Origin: an uncultured Candidatus Saccharibacteria bacterium
GTDB lineage: Bacteria; Patescibacteriota; Minisyncoccia; Minisyncoccales; UBA1441
Assembly (NCBI GenBank): GCA_964647465.1
Contig: CAZYFS010000001.1
Location: 28,690-92,689, forward strand
Direction of reading: 5' to 3'
Length of the DNA stretch: 64,000 nucleotides
A program made the position numbers and the translations under genes. The notes beneath the pieces are model-generated. The model had not been told where the DNA came from, made no database searches, and saw only the letters and a program-made list of their open reading frames with translations. Positions 28,832 to 39,001 of the stretch are shown piece by piece (within the stretch, counting starts at the first letter, position 1; the number at the start of each line of letters is the position of its first letter).

Positions 28832-30445
28832 ATGTATAACTTAGATCAAACTCAAATAAAATATTACGAAGAAATTATTTATGAATTAATTCGGAGTCAG
28901 CCGAAAAATTTTCGTGATTTCGAGAAGATAGAACGATTTTGGGCAAAAAAGAACAAGAAGATAATTCCTAAAAAAATCGTTCTGAACCAAGTTTATCATA
29001 AAATGGTAGGGGAAAAAAGAATTAAGCCCAATCAATCAATCGAAGGCCTTCTTGTCACCCGACAAGTTCGTTCTCGATCAGGAGTTACTGTTGTCGCTGT
29101 TTTAACAAAACCATATCCCTGCCCAGGAAAATGTATTTATTGTCCTAACCAAGCTGGTGTTCCAAAAAGCTACTTAAAGAATGAACCAGCCGTAATGCGA
29201 GCTATCAAGAATAATTATGATCCATTCTCTCAAGTGATTTCTCGCCTACAATCACTAAAAATGACTGGCCACAAACCTAGTAAAATTGAATTGATTGTAA
29301 TCGGGGGAACTTGGAGTTTTTTGCCTTTATCTTACCAAGAATACTTTATTAAAAGATGCTTTGAAGCCGCTAATGGCAAAAAGAGCCTTTCTTTAAGAGC
29401 AGCCCACCGAAAAAACGAAAAAGGGAAGCATCGAATTATCGGCATAACTTTAGAAACAAGACCGGACTATATTACTCCTGAAGAAATAAATAGAATGCGT
29501 CGATTGGGAGCAACTCGCGTAGAAATCGGCGTCCAAAGTTTAGATGATCAAGTTCTAAAATTAAATCAGAGAGGACATGGAATAGCTGCCACTATTCGAG
29601 CAACTCAACTCTTAAAAGATGCTGGAATTAAGGTTAGTTATCATCTAATGCCTAATTTGCCCGGGTCAACTCCTGAAAAGGACTATCAAGTATTTAAACA
29701 GGTTTTTGCCGATTCCCGCTTTCGTCCTGATCTTTTAAAGATTTATCCCACGGCTATTATAAAAGAAGCCCCTCTTTATCAGTTATGGAAAAAAGGGGAC
29801 TATAAGGCATATTCTAAGGATGTTTTGGTTTCTTTATTAAAAAGGATGAAAAAAGACGTTCCTTTTTATTGTCGCATTCAAAGAGTTATTCGAGATATCC
29901 CTTCTTCTAGTATTGTTACTGGACCAACAAAAATATCAAATCTTCGAGAAACAACATTAAAAGAATTAAAAAAAGAAGGAACTCCTTGTCAATGTATTCG
30001 CTGCCGAGAAATAAGAGGAGATTATGATGGACAAGAAGAAATAAAACTATATCGATTAGATTATCAAGCATCACAGGGAAAAGAAATATTTCTGAGTTAC
30101 GAAAATCTTTCTCGAACCCATTTATATTCCTTGTTAAGATTACGTATTCCTTCTTCTGTTTTTTCTTCCCATCCTCATTTTATTCCAATTCTTCGAGATG
30201 CTGCTATTATTCGTCAAGTCCACACCTATGGACTTCAACTTCCTTTTTCTCAAGAAAATAAAAAATCCCCTCAGCATCGCGGCTTAGGGAAAAAACTTAT
30301 TCATGAAGCAGAAGAAATCGTAAGAAATGAATTCCCGAAAAAAATAAAAAAGATGGCTGTAATCTCCGGGGTAGGAGTCCGTGGATATTATCGTAGATTA
30401 GGATATAAGCTTCGAAAAACTTATATGATTAAATCTATTGATTAA
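28832..30445 (+). CDS. elp3: Elp3-like radical SAM + GNAT acetyltransferase (tRNA U34 carboxymethylation enzyme homolog)
   Basis: 537 aa. Radical SAM region with PYPCPGKCIYCPNQ. The central Elp3 domain is followed by a C-terminal GNAT (RGLGKKLIHEAE). Elp3 architecture. Confidence 0.8.
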   Translation: MYNLDQTQIKYYEEIIYELIRSQPKNFRDFEKIERFWAKKNKKIIPKKIVLNQVYHKMVGEKRIKPNQSIEGLLVTRQVRSRSGVTVVAVLTKPYPCPGKCIYCPNQAGVPKSYLKNEPAVMRAIKNNYDPFSQVISRLQSLKMTGHKPSKIELIVIGGTWSFLPLSYQEYFIKRCFEAANGKKSLSLRAAHRKNEKGKHRIIGITLETRPDYITPEEINRMRRLGATRVEIGVQSLDDQVLKLNQRGHGIAATIRATQLLKDAGIKVSYHLMPNLPGSTPEKDYQVFKQVFADSRFRPDLLKIYPTAIIKEAPLYQLWKKGDYKAYSKDVLVSLLKRMKKDVPFYCRIQRVIRDIPSSSIVTGPTKISNLRETTLKELKKEGTPCQCIRCREIRGDYDGQEEIKLYRLDYQASQGKEIFLSYENLSRTHLYSLLRLRIPSSVFSSHPHFIPILRDAAIIRQVHTYGLQLPFSQENKKSPQHRGLGKKLIHEAEEIVRNEFPKKIKKMAVISGVGVRGYYRRLGYKLRKTYMIKSID

Positions 30446-31754
30446 CCTTTGTTAATCGTCGAACTACCTCCCGATCATCCCAAGCAACTTTCCGTCCGTT
30501 TTCAATACACATTAACGATTCCGATCCTTTCCCCGTAATGATAACTACGTCATTTGCACCTCCCCAAGATAAAGCTTGATTTATAGCTTTCTCTCTATCA
30601 AGAATCACTGTTTTATTACTGACAGGAAAATTTTTAAATCCGGTTTTCATTTCTGCAAGAATTTTTTCTGGATCTTCATCATAGGGATCTTCATTGGTTA
30701 AAATAACCTTCTGACAGTAACGACTAGCAATTTTTGCAAAGATCGGTCTTTTCCACTTGTCTCTTCCCCCTCCGCAGGCTCCAAGAACACATATCAACTT
30801 TCCGCCACTTCCTAAATAATGACGCGCTGCCTGATATGCTTTTTCTAAGGCAACAGGAGTATGGGCATAATCAACAATAACCGGATAGGGTTTTTTAATA
30901 ACAACCTCCATTCGCCCAGGAACCTTCTCTATTAGAGCCAAAGATCGTTTCATTGACTTGAAATCAATGCCTTGTGACCATCCTATCGCCAAAGCCGCTA
31001 AGGCGTTATAAACGTTAAAAAGCCCATCTAGGTTTATTTTTATTTCTTGTTCGTTAACGAAAAAGATTATTTGCCCCGGAAATGAACTAATTTTTTTCGC
31101 AGAAAGAAATTCTATGTTCTCTTCTGGCGAGGAAGCCTTTATCGAAAAACCTATTTTCTTTTCTGCTTTAAATCGAAGAAAGCCGTGAGCATATTGATCA
31201 TCTAAATTAACAATGATAGTTTTTGGCTGTTTTTTCTTTGTTGAGTTGCCAAACCAAGAAGGAGATAGTGATTGAAATAACTTCTCTTTAGCTCTTCTGT
31301 AGTTGATAAAGCCTCCGTGCCTTTCAATGTGTTCTGGAGATAAATTAGTAAAAACAGCAAGATCGAAATCGATGAAACGATGACGACATTGTTTAATTCC
31401 CTCAGAAGTCACTTCGATAACTACGTATTGACAATTATTTTTTCGAGCAGTTGATAAAAATTTCTGCAATTGAAACCTTCCGGGCATTGTCATTTTAAGT
31501 TCATTAGGATAACTTCTTTCTCCGATTCGAAAACAAATTGAAGAAAGAGATGCTACCTTGTAATTAGCTCCTTGTAGTATTTGGGTAGTCATTTCGACAA
31601 CAGTTGATTTGCCGCTTGTCCCGGTAACGCCAATGACAATTAACTTCCGAGAAGGAAATCGATAAAAAAATGCTGCCGCTCCCGCTAAGAAGAAATGGTA
31701 AAATTCAAGAAATTGGCTGGGAATAAAAAGTTTGATTTTTGCCTTCCAGTTCAT
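30435..31754 (-). CDS. Mur ligase family protein (MurE-like UDP-MurNAc-tripeptide synthetase)
   Basis: GVTGTSGKSTVVEM P-loop, KMTMPG (TTPE-like motif), VIEVTSEGI, and middle plus C-terminal Mur ligase domains. Confidence 0.7.
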   Translation of the reverse strand: MNWKAKIKLFIPSQFLEFYHFFLAGAAAFFYRFPSRKLIVIGVTGTSGKSTVVEMTTQILQGANYKVASLSSICFRIGERSYPNELKMTMPGRFQLQKFLSTARKNNCQYVVIEVTSEGIKQCRHRFIDFDLAVFTNLSPEHIERHGGFINYRRAKEKLFQSLSPSWFGNSTKKKQPKTIIVNLDDQYAHGFLRFKAEKKIGFSIKASSPEENIEFLSAKKISSFPGQIIFFVNEQEIKINLDGLFNVYNALAALAIGWSQGIDFKSMKRSLALIEKVPGRMEVVIKKPYPVIVDYAHTPVALEKAYQAARHYLGSGGKLICVLGACGGGRDKWKRPIFAKIASRYCQKVILTNEDPYDEDPEKILAEMKTGFKNFPVSNKTVILDREKAINQALSWGGANDVVIITGKGSESLMCIENGRKVAWDDREVVRRLTKVNQ

Positions 31755-31811
31755 ATTGTCTTTTCTCTAATTGAAAAAATGTTATAATAAAACCCACCTA
31801 AAAGAAATATT

Positions 31812-32090
31812 ATGCCCATTACTAAATCAGCTAAAAAAGCTTTAAGACAAAATTTAAAACGGAAAAAAAGGAATTCTATCTACAAGCAAAGGATGAAGGA
31901 ATTGTTTAAAGAAATCAAGCGACTTGTTGCTACGCAGGAAAAGGAAGCTGCGGGGAAACTTCTTCCCGACTATTACAAGGCTGTTGACAAAGCAGCTAAA
32001 TCTAACGTTATTAAAGAAAATGCAGCTAGTCGAAAAAAAGCCAGCTTGACTAAGCTTGTAAATCAAATAGAAATTAAAGAGACAAAATAA
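31812..32090 (+). CDS. rpsT: 30S ribosomal protein S20
   Basis: MPITKSAKKALRQNLKRKKRN..., a basic helical 92-aa protein. Confidence 0.85.
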   Translation: MPITKSAKKALRQNLKRKKRNSIYKQRMKELFKEIKRLVATQEKEAAGKLLPDYYKAVDKAAKSNVIKENAASRKKASLTKLVNQIEIKETK

Positions 32091-33036
32091 AGGAAGCCAT
32101 TCCTTCTTTCGCCTTAACTTGTCCCGTTTTAATCTGAAGATCTATCGTAAATAATTGACGGTAGATTTTTTTTAATTCTGCCCAATTAAATTGCCGTGAC
32201 AAAGAATAAAGCTTACTAACTGCATAGGGGTGTAATTTACTCTTCTGGACAATTTCTTGATAAGAAATTCCTTGTTCGGCCAAATTTTTAATCAGAAAAA
32301 GATTTTTAATCTTTGTCGCAATTAGCCCCACAAGAAATATCTGCATTTGCGCCTCATTCTTTTCTGCAGATAAATCCATGAATATTTTTAAGGCTTTTTT
32401 CTTATCTCCCCTTACCAAACAATCAAGTAGGGTAAAAATATTAACCTCTTTAAAGGGAATTATTAAAAATTCAACCAACTCACTATTTATATTCTCGTCA
32501 TCTTTTGCCCATCCCTTATATCCAGCAATTTTTTCTATTGCTTTTGCCCCTCGCCATGTATCAAGTTTTGCATAATCAGCGAGCTTTTCTTCGGCCTCCC
32601 GAGTAAGAGACAAGCCGTATCTTCCCGCTTCTTCTCTTAGCCATTCTCTGTATGCTCCCAACTTAAATTTTTTGAACTCTTCTATTTTCTGACTGTGTTG
32701 ATTTAGTGCTTTTTTTAAAGATTGTTTATCTTTTTTAATAACTCCTCTTTCTTCGATTACAATAATTTCTTTCGATCGTTCCAGAACCTCTATTTTCTTC
32801 TCTAGGGCCCTAGCAAAATCTTTGTTTTGAAAAACGCTTCGAAGAATGAACAATCTTTTTTTAACAAACATCGATCGTTGTTGAAAATCATCCCAAAAAC
32901 TATTAAATTCAACTTCTTTCGCCTCAATTTTAATTAATTCCACACCTCCTTGGTGTTTTTCTTTATAGCGATCAATTATTTGGGTGATTTTTTTTGATAA
33001 GCGATATTCGTCATCGCCGCAAAGAAAGAATATCAT
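32074..33036 (-). CDS. holA: DNA polymerase III delta subunit
   Basis: 320 aa. MIFFLCGDDEYRL N-terminus and an AAA-lid-like fold pattern typical of HolA. Confidence 0.65.
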   Translation of the reverse strand: MIFFLCGDDEYRLSKKITQIIDRYKEKHQGGVELIKIEAKEVEFNSFWDDFQQRSMFVKKRLFILRSVFQNKDFARALEKKIEVLERSKEIIVIEERGVIKKDKQSLKKALNQHSQKIEEFKKFKLGAYREWLREEAGRYGLSLTREAEEKLADYAKLDTWRGAKAIEKIAGYKGWAKDDENINSELVEFLIIPFKEVNIFTLLDCLVRGDKKKALKIFMDLSAEKNEAQMQIFLVGLIATKIKNLFLIKNLAEQGISYQEIVQKSKLHPYAVSKLYSLSRQFNWAELKKIYRQLFTIDLQIKTGQVKAKEGMASFILSL

Positions 33037-33046
33037 TTTTGTTTTT

Positions 33047-33907
33047 TTATAATGATTTTTGACATTTGGGACAATAAAAAGTACTTCTGTTATTAATTAT
33101 GATCCGCTTAATAGGAGTTTGGCAACGGGAACAGGGTTGCCCTTGACGATGATAGGCCTCTAACACGGAACCGTATTGCCCAGATTTATTTTCTGTATCC
33201 CGAAATTCACCGGTTGTCGTTCCTCTTTTTTGAATCGCCCGAACAAGAATCGAACGCATTGCCTTGTAAATATCCATTCCTTGATCCTTCTTCAAAAACG
33301 AGGCCTTGATTTCTGGGTGAACTTTAGCTTCCCACAAAATTTCGCTCGCGTAAATATTTCCTATTCCAGCAACAATCGATTGATCCATAAGAATCGCTTT
33401 CATCTGACGTCTTTTGTTTCGAATCAATTCCCAGAAACGAGCAAACGTCAGTTCTTGCGACAGAGCATCTAAACCAATATTTCTTGTCATCCTTATTTCT
33501 TTCATGTCTTTACTGGTTGATTGTAATTCAAAACAAGAAAACTTTCGTTGATCCGACCACGCTAACATCAATTCGTTATCTAGCCAAAACATTAGGCGTA
33601 TCTGTTGTTTTTCTAATTTTGGCAACCAATCTCCCGATTGATATCTCCAAGAACCAATTAAGAAATGCCCTGTCATTCTAGGATGAACGAGAAGTTTTTT
33701 CTGGTCAGACAAACAAAAAACAATAACTTTTCCGTAACGAGAAATTTGCGCAATCTTTTTTCCTATTAATAATTTTTTGAATTCAGAAGTTGTTTCCGGA
33801 TAATGAATGATTTTAGGAGTGTCGGTCCATATATCAAGAAAGGTCCTTTGTAGGACCTTTTCTTTTAAATCATTAACCATTGTTTGAACTTCTGGAAGTT
33901 CTGGCAT
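33047..33907 (-). CDS. mutM: formamidopyrimidine-DNA glycosylase (Fpg/MutM)
   Basis: MPELPEV N-terminal catalytic Pro2/Glu3, an H2TH region, and C-terminal zinc finger CSRCQTPIKRIIINNRSTFYCPKCQ. Confidence 0.9.
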   Translation of the reverse strand: MPELPEVQTMVNDLKEKVLQRTFLDIWTDTPKIIHYPETTSEFKKLLIGKKIAQISRYGKVIVFCLSDQKKLLVHPRMTGHFLIGSWRYQSGDWLPKLEKQQIRLMFWLDNELMLAWSDQRKFSCFELQSTSKDMKEIRMTRNIGLDALSQELTFARFWELIRNKRRQMKAILMDQSIVAGIGNIYASEILWEAKVHPEIKASFLKKDQGMDIYKAMRSILVRAIQKRGTTTGEFRDTENKSGQYGSVLEAYHRQGQPCSRCQTPIKRIIINNRSTFYCPKCQKSL

Positions 33908-33914
33908 CGAGGAA

Positions 33915-34295
33915 TTAACTCTTTAATGGCGCACGAATTCTTTCAACGATTTCATCGGGAGTGAAATGAGCTTTAATTAGATAGTCTACCGCTCCCAATT
34001 CAAAACCTTTTTCGATGTCTTCCCTTTGGCCAAGATTAGAAAGAATAATAACAGGGATGGAGCCTGTTTTTGGCTCCTCTTTTAATTGTGCTAAGACTTT
34101 GAATCCGTCAATCCCCGGAAGAATAAGATCTAATAAAATCAAATCTGGGGCTTCGTCATTTGCTTTGATCAACCCCTCTTCTCCGTCAACAGCCTTTATG
34201 ATCTTAAATCCCTCTTCTACTAATTTTTTCGACATTAACTCGCTAAGAAAAATATCGTCCTCAATAATAAGAATTTTTCTATTTTCTTTGGCCAT
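33915..34295 (-). CDS. single-domain response regulator (receiver only)
   Basis: 126 aa. EDD...D(54) LILLDLILPGIDG...K. CheY-like. Confidence 0.85.
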   Translation of the reverse strand: MAKENRKILIIEDDIFLSELMSKKLVEEGFKIIKAVDGEEGLIKANDEAPDLILLDLILPGIDGFKVLAQLKEEPKTGSIPVIILSNLGQREDIEKGFELGAVDYLIKAHFTPDEIVERIRAPLKS

Positions 34296-34316
34296 AAATA
34301 AAGTTAAAACTATTTA

Positions 34317-34691
34317 TTAATTGAGGGGTAAAATTTTCTCTACTTTCCCAACCACCTCTTCGGGATCAAAGTTTGTCTTTATAATCCAATCTTTCGCTCC
34401 TAGTTTCTGAGCTCGGCTAATTTCTACCGGCTGCCCAGAATTAGAAATGATTATAATTGGAATGTCTTTAATTTCTTCTATCCTATCCTTCGCTTCCATT
34501 ACTTCAAACCCGTCCATTTTCGGCATAGCAACATCAAGCAGTATTAAATCGGGCCGAATTTCTTTGATTTTCTCAAGACCTTCTTTTCCGTCTGCAGCAA
34601 CAATACTTCTGTATCCTCGACGTAACAATTTGCGCTTAAGAAAAGAGGCTAGAACTTCTTCGTCTTCGATGATAAGAATTGTCTTGATCAT
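34317..34691 (-). CDS. single-domain response regulator (receiver only)
   Basis: 124 aa. IIEDEE...LILLDVAMPKMDG. CheY-like. Confidence 0.85.
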   Translation of the reverse strand: MIKTILIIEDEEVLASFLKRKLLRRGYRSIVAADGKEGLEKIKEIRPDLILLDVAMPKMDGFEVMEAKDRIEEIKDIPIIIISNSGQPVEISRAQKLGAKDWIIKTNFDPEEVVGKVEKILPLN

Positions 34692-34742
34692 ATTATCAAC
34701 TTACTCTCTGTTATCTATTCTACTCCGAAAAAGATGGTTTTG

Positions 34743-36734
34743 TCAACTAGTTTGGTTCGTTGGCGAGTGCAGAGGAATTGTAAAAAAGAATGTCGTTCCT
34801 TTTCCTTTCTTAGAAGAAAACCAAATTTTACCACCATGAGCATTAATAATGTTTCGGGCAATAAATAAACCTAACCCTGTTCCGTTTGGCATTGTAGAAA
34901 TAGCATTCTCTGTTCTATAAAATCTTCTAAAAATATGAGCTTGTTGAGATTCCGAAATACCAATTCCCGTGTCTTTAATAGAAAAAAGGAGGGCATCGCT
35001 ATCTTGCGATAAATTAATAACTATCGACCCTCCACTTGGCGTATAGTTGATAGCATTACTAAGAAGGTTTTGAATAACCAATTTCATTTTTTCGGTGTCT
35101 ATTTTGACGTCTGGGAAATCTCGCCGAGCTCCACGAAAAGAAAATTTAAGCTTTTTCCTTTCTATTATTAACTGATGATTTTTCGTTACTTGAGTGATTA
35201 AATCTCTTAAGCTCGTTTTTTGGACATCATAAAGAAACCTTCCTTCTTCAATCCGGCTGACATTGAGAAGATCGTTAACCAAACGAATCATTCTTTGGTT
35301 ACTCTCGTAAGTTTTAGAAAGTAAATTTTTTTGTTCAGAATTTAAATCTCCTTCATCCCCATCAAGCAACATCTTGATGCTCCATTTTATCGCCGATAGA
35401 GGTGTTCTTAATTGATGAGCAGCTACCGAAACGAAAGAGGTTTTCATTTGCTGGACAAGTACTTCTCGAGAAATGTCGCGGAAGATTATTAAATAATTTA
35501 TTATTCGTAGCCGTCTCCCCATCGCAATAACCGACACTTCAATTGTTCGGTCCTTTCCTAAAGAAATATTAGCCTTAGAAGTTATCCTAAGATTGTCCTG
35601 AGTGTCTAGAATCGAGTCTAAAACAGACGAAAGAAGACGGTTGTTCCGCCATTCAGAAAGATTACTTTCAATCATGTCCGAAGAACGAATTCCAAATATT
35701 TGTTCGACTCTCTTATTAACAATTTTAATTATGTTGTCTTCGTTAACGATTAGCAAGCCATCAACAAAATTATTAATAATTATCATCGTTTTTTCTTTCT
35801 CTCTTTCGGCAACAAGCCGAGATTTTTCTGTATCTTCTAGGATATTTAAAAGAGCGCTAGATGTTTCCTTTAGTTCTTCTGCTTGTTCTTTTTGGTGTTC
35901 ACCTTCTGTTCTTTTCTTCTGTTCCATCGTTTGACGAAACGTTTGCATTAATTGTTTTGTTTGATGATCCCAAGTTCGACTCCTTGTCTCTAGGGTTTGT
36001 TTTGCGTCCCGGAGAGATCGACGGAGATTAATCGCTTCGGTGTTTCTTTGTCCTAATCGATCTTGGAGCCTCTCATTTATTGTTTTGAGCTGTCTAGTAA
36101 TCCAACCTGAACGATCGTGAGTATAATTAACTATTAATTGTGTCGCAAAAATTACTGCTCCGCTTAGAATAACCGTAAGCGTTGTTGTCGGGATTGAAGA
36201 AAGATACTCTGTTGGCAACGGATAATGCTTATAACTCAAAAGAAAATCGCTGTTCTCTAAAAGAGATAAGAAAGTTAATCCCAGCCAGGCAAAAGAATAG
36301 AAAAATGTTTGATAGGGGGCTATTTCGATGAGCGAAGAATTGAAAATCAAATAGAAAACAAAAAACAAAGCCGCAATATAGAAAAGAGGGAATGAATAAT
36401 AAATGAGAACTGGGGCAATAAGATAAAAGCCAAACCAAGCTGCTAATATTTCCAGAACAAAGATGCTGGCCAATAAACGATATACTTGATCCTTTAACAG
36501 ATGAGAGGTTTTTTTTGCATAGCTAACGAAGAAGAAAAATAAACCAAAAGAGAAAAAGATTAAACATATTCCCAAAACACAATTAGGGAAACTCGGCAAA
36601 ACAAGGGAAAACAAAAACGCAAATAAAACAAAACTCGGGAGTAAAAACCTTCTCATTTTGACTTGTCGAGCAAGACTATGTAGCAAAATAACTCTTTCTG
36701 ATGAAGAGAAAAAATTTTCTTTATTGCTTTCCAT
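34743..36734 (-). CDS. membrane-bound PAS sensor histidine kinase
   Basis: 663 aa. Multi-TM N-terminus, coiled coil, PAS-like region, H-box VAAHQLRTPL, and HATPase N/G boxes (NLLSNAINYT, DTGIGI, GTGLGL). Confidence 0.85.
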   Translation of the reverse strand: MESNKENFFSSSERVILLHSLARQVKMRRFLLPSFVLFAFLFSLVLPSFPNCVLGICLIFFSFGLFFFFVSYAKKTSHLLKDQVYRLLASIFVLEILAAWFGFYLIAPVLIYYSFPLFYIAALFFVFYLIFNSSLIEIAPYQTFFYSFAWLGLTFLSLLENSDFLLSYKHYPLPTEYLSSIPTTTLTVILSGAVIFATQLIVNYTHDRSGWITRQLKTINERLQDRLGQRNTEAINLRRSLRDAKQTLETRSRTWDHQTKQLMQTFRQTMEQKKRTEGEHQKEQAEELKETSSALLNILEDTEKSRLVAEREKEKTMIIINNFVDGLLIVNEDNIIKIVNKRVEQIFGIRSSDMIESNLSEWRNNRLLSSVLDSILDTQDNLRITSKANISLGKDRTIEVSVIAMGRRLRIINYLIIFRDISREVLVQQMKTSFVSVAAHQLRTPLSAIKWSIKMLLDGDEGDLNSEQKNLLSKTYESNQRMIRLVNDLLNVSRIEEGRFLYDVQKTSLRDLITQVTKNHQLIIERKKLKFSFRGARRDFPDVKIDTEKMKLVIQNLLSNAINYTPSGGSIVINLSQDSDALLFSIKDTGIGISESQQAHIFRRFYRTENAISTMPNGTGLGLFIARNIINAHGGKIWFSSKKGKGTTFFFTIPLHSPTNQTS

Positions 36735-37572
36735 CTTTCTTTTTTAAGAAATTATTTTCTTTTAAAATCACTATCTCTTTTTTTAATTCTATCATTTTAA
36801 GTTCCCTGTCAACGGTTAAACGACGGAATCTTTCAAGCTCTTCAATCCTTTCTCGTAAAGCTTCTGTTTTTACTTTATTTTCTTGCCTTAGGAATTTTGC
36901 TTGCTCTTCTAATTGTTTAGTTCTTGCTTTAATCCTTATTTGCAGTACTCGAGCTGTTTCTTCTAGGTTAATTTTCATCTGATTATTTCGCTGTAAGCTA
37001 TTGTAGCTTTTTAATCCATTCCAGGTCGACATCGCCGTCATCATAACAATGGCAACCAAAGCAAAAAGGAATCTTGCTAAAAAATAAGGATTTCCTTCTA
37101 AGAAAATTGGGGAAAAGAAAAAAATGCTTATCATCCCGGATAACGCTAAAAATCCTAAAAACAATGAGTTTCTTAAGAAAAAATTAGTCGTTAACCAATT
37201 TTCTAAAAAGAGAAATAGGAGAAAAAAAATAAAAAAAGATCCCGTCCAATCAATAGCCGTTAAGTAAATAAGCCAAACAAACAATCCAACAAAAAAAGTA
37301 TTATTAGAAAAAAGAATTACCGTTTGAAATTTCTTTTCTGAATAAAGAAAAAGGCTAGCAATAAGCCAAATCGCCCAAATTACTATACCATTCCCTAAGG
37401 AAAACCAAGGCTGGAATCGAAAAACATTATAATAAATACCACTCAAAAATATGGCGCCTAAAGCTCCAAAATTAATAAAAAGAAAAAGCGCTAATTTTCC
37501 TCTCTCTTCTTTTTTGTTTTTTAAAAAATGATCATCTCGAGAAAAAAGTGGGCGGAAATTAATTAACGACAT
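36721..37572 (-). CDS. hypothetical polytopic membrane protein with C-terminal coiled coil
   Basis: 283 aa. About 7 TM segments, then a ~90-aa Lys/Glu-rich coiled coil. It overlaps the start of the downstream HK by 14 nt. Confidence 0.4.
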   Translation of the reverse strand: MSLINFRPLFSRDDHFLKNKKEERGKLALFLFINFGALGAIFLSGIYYNVFRFQPWFSLGNGIVIWAIWLIASLFLYSEKKFQTVILFSNNTFFVGLFVWLIYLTAIDWTGSFFIFFLLFLFLENWLTTNFFLRNSLFLGFLALSGMISIFFFSPIFLEGNPYFLARFLFALVAIVMMTAMSTWNGLKSYNSLQRNNQMKINLEETARVLQIRIKARTKQLEEQAKFLRQENKVKTEALRERIEELERFRRLTVDRELKMIELKKEIVILKENNFLKKKDGKQ

Positions 37573-37582
37573 AGTTTTAAAA

Positions 37583-38473
37583 TTAAGGGAGGTAATTTAT
37601 CAATCTGTTAAACCCAAGAGCTTGAAAAGCTTTCTTTGCCTGTTCTTTATTATAACTCTTTTGACTACATTTTTCTAATTCGAAGTCAATTTCTACATCT
37701 TGTTTGATTTTCCCTAGTTCTCGACTTAGGAGAATTTGCTGATAATTTTCTCTCAAGATTGTTTGTTTTCTCTCTTCAATTTCAGCCAATCCATACCCCA
37801 TCTCTTTATATAAATTGTCGAGCGAACCAAATTGTTTTAAAAGCTTAATAGCTGTTTTTTCTCCAATCCCAGGTGCCCCCGGAATATTATCTGACCTATC
37901 TCCCTGTAAAGCTTTTAAATCAAGAAGTTGATCAACTTTTAATCCTTCGTATTTTTGCTTAACAGCTTCTCTATCGTAGATTTCAACTTGGCTTAATCCT
38001 TTTTTTAAAAGCATGACTTTCGTTCGATCATTAACTAATTGAAGCAAGTCTTTGTCGCCACTAAGGATTATAATGTTAATCTTTTTAACTTCCCGAGCTA
38101 TGGTTCCAATAAGATCATCTGCTTCATATCCTTCTCGGGCAATTATCGGAATTTCTAATAAGTTGAGTAATTTTTTAATTTGCGGAATTTGATCATATAA
38201 TTCTTGGGGGGCCTTAACTCTCGTTGCTTTATAAGCGGGGTATATCTTTTGACGAAAGGTTGGCCCAGGGGAGTCAAAAGTCGTTACTATATATTGAGGC
38301 GCCATTTCTCTTATAGCCTTAAAAAGCAGAGAGAAAAAACCATAAGCGGCATTAATTAGGTCGCCGCTAGCAGTCGTCAAAGGAGGCAAGGCGTGATAAG
38401 CACGGTGAATCAAGGCATTGCTGTCAACAATAAGTAAAACAGGTTTGGTTTTATTGCTTACTTTTTCTTCCAT
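37583..38473 (-). CDS. stand-alone 5'-3' exonuclease (Pol I N-terminal/FEN-like)
   Basis: LLIVDSNALIHRAYHAL, EADDLIGT, and the H3TH region GIGEKTAIKLL. Confidence 0.85.
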   Translation of the reverse strand: MEEKVSNKTKPVLLIVDSNALIHRAYHALPPLTTASGDLINAAYGFFSLLFKAIREMAPQYIVTTFDSPGPTFRQKIYPAYKATRVKAPQELYDQIPQIKKLLNLLEIPIIAREGYEADDLIGTIAREVKKINIIILSGDKDLLQLVNDRTKVMLLKKGLSQVEIYDREAVKQKYEGLKVDQLLDLKALQGDRSDNIPGAPGIGEKTAIKLLKQFGSLDNLYKEMGYGLAEIEERKQTILRENYQQILLSRELGKIKQDVEIDFELEKCSQKSYNKEQAKKAFQALGFNRLINYLP

Positions 38474-38967
38474 AAAAAAGATAATTCTTTAAGCACTAGA
38501 GGAGATCCAGAAAAAATAATTTCTCTTTCGCTAATGTTATTGAAATCAAAATGAATTTTGATTTTAGGGGAGGGAAGAAGTTTCTTGACTCTATCTCCCC
38601 ACTCTAGGGCAATAATATTTTTTTTGTTGTCCAAAATTTCTACCAGGCCAAGGGTGTTGTCTTTCCCTTCTATTCGATAACAATCAAAGTGATAAAAGAA
38701 ACTGAAAGGAAAATCTGGTCTTCTAATTTTATATTTTCGAAAAATAACAAAAGTTGGACTTAAAACTTGCCTTTTAATTTCAAGTCCCTGAGCCAATCCT
38801 TGCAGAAAAGAGGTTTTCCCCCCGCCTAAATCACCCACCAGAACTATCGTAAAGGACTCCTTGTTGTTAACTTCTCCTTTGGCTAGAATAATGGCTTCAA
38901 TCAACAGGTGGCCCAATCTTTTTGTTTCTGCTACACTATTAGTAGTAATTTTCATTGTTATGGGCAA
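38458..38967 (-). CDS. tsaE: tRNA t6A37 biosynthesis ATPase TsaE
   Basis: VGDLGGGKTSFLQG P-loop, 169 aa. The start is TTG at 38965-38967 or the ATG at 38953-38955. Confidence 0.8.
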   Translation of the reverse strand: MPITMKITTNSVAETKRLGHLLIEAIILAKGEVNNKESFTIVLVGDLGGGKTSFLQGLAQGLEIKRQVLSPTFVIFRKYKIRRPDFPFSFFYHFDCYRIEGKDNTLGLVEILDNKKNIIALEWGDRVKKLLPSPKIKIHFDFNNISEREIIFSGSPLVLKELSFLWKKK

Positions 38968-39001
38968 TAATAAAACAAAAAATGGCTCAATTATTACAAA
39001 A

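Noticed and set aside
38861-39001. Track-defined start of the 404-aa ORF at 38861
   Set aside because: It would overlap about 105 nt of the tsaE coding sequence on the opposite strand. The ATG at 39002 is the more plausible start.
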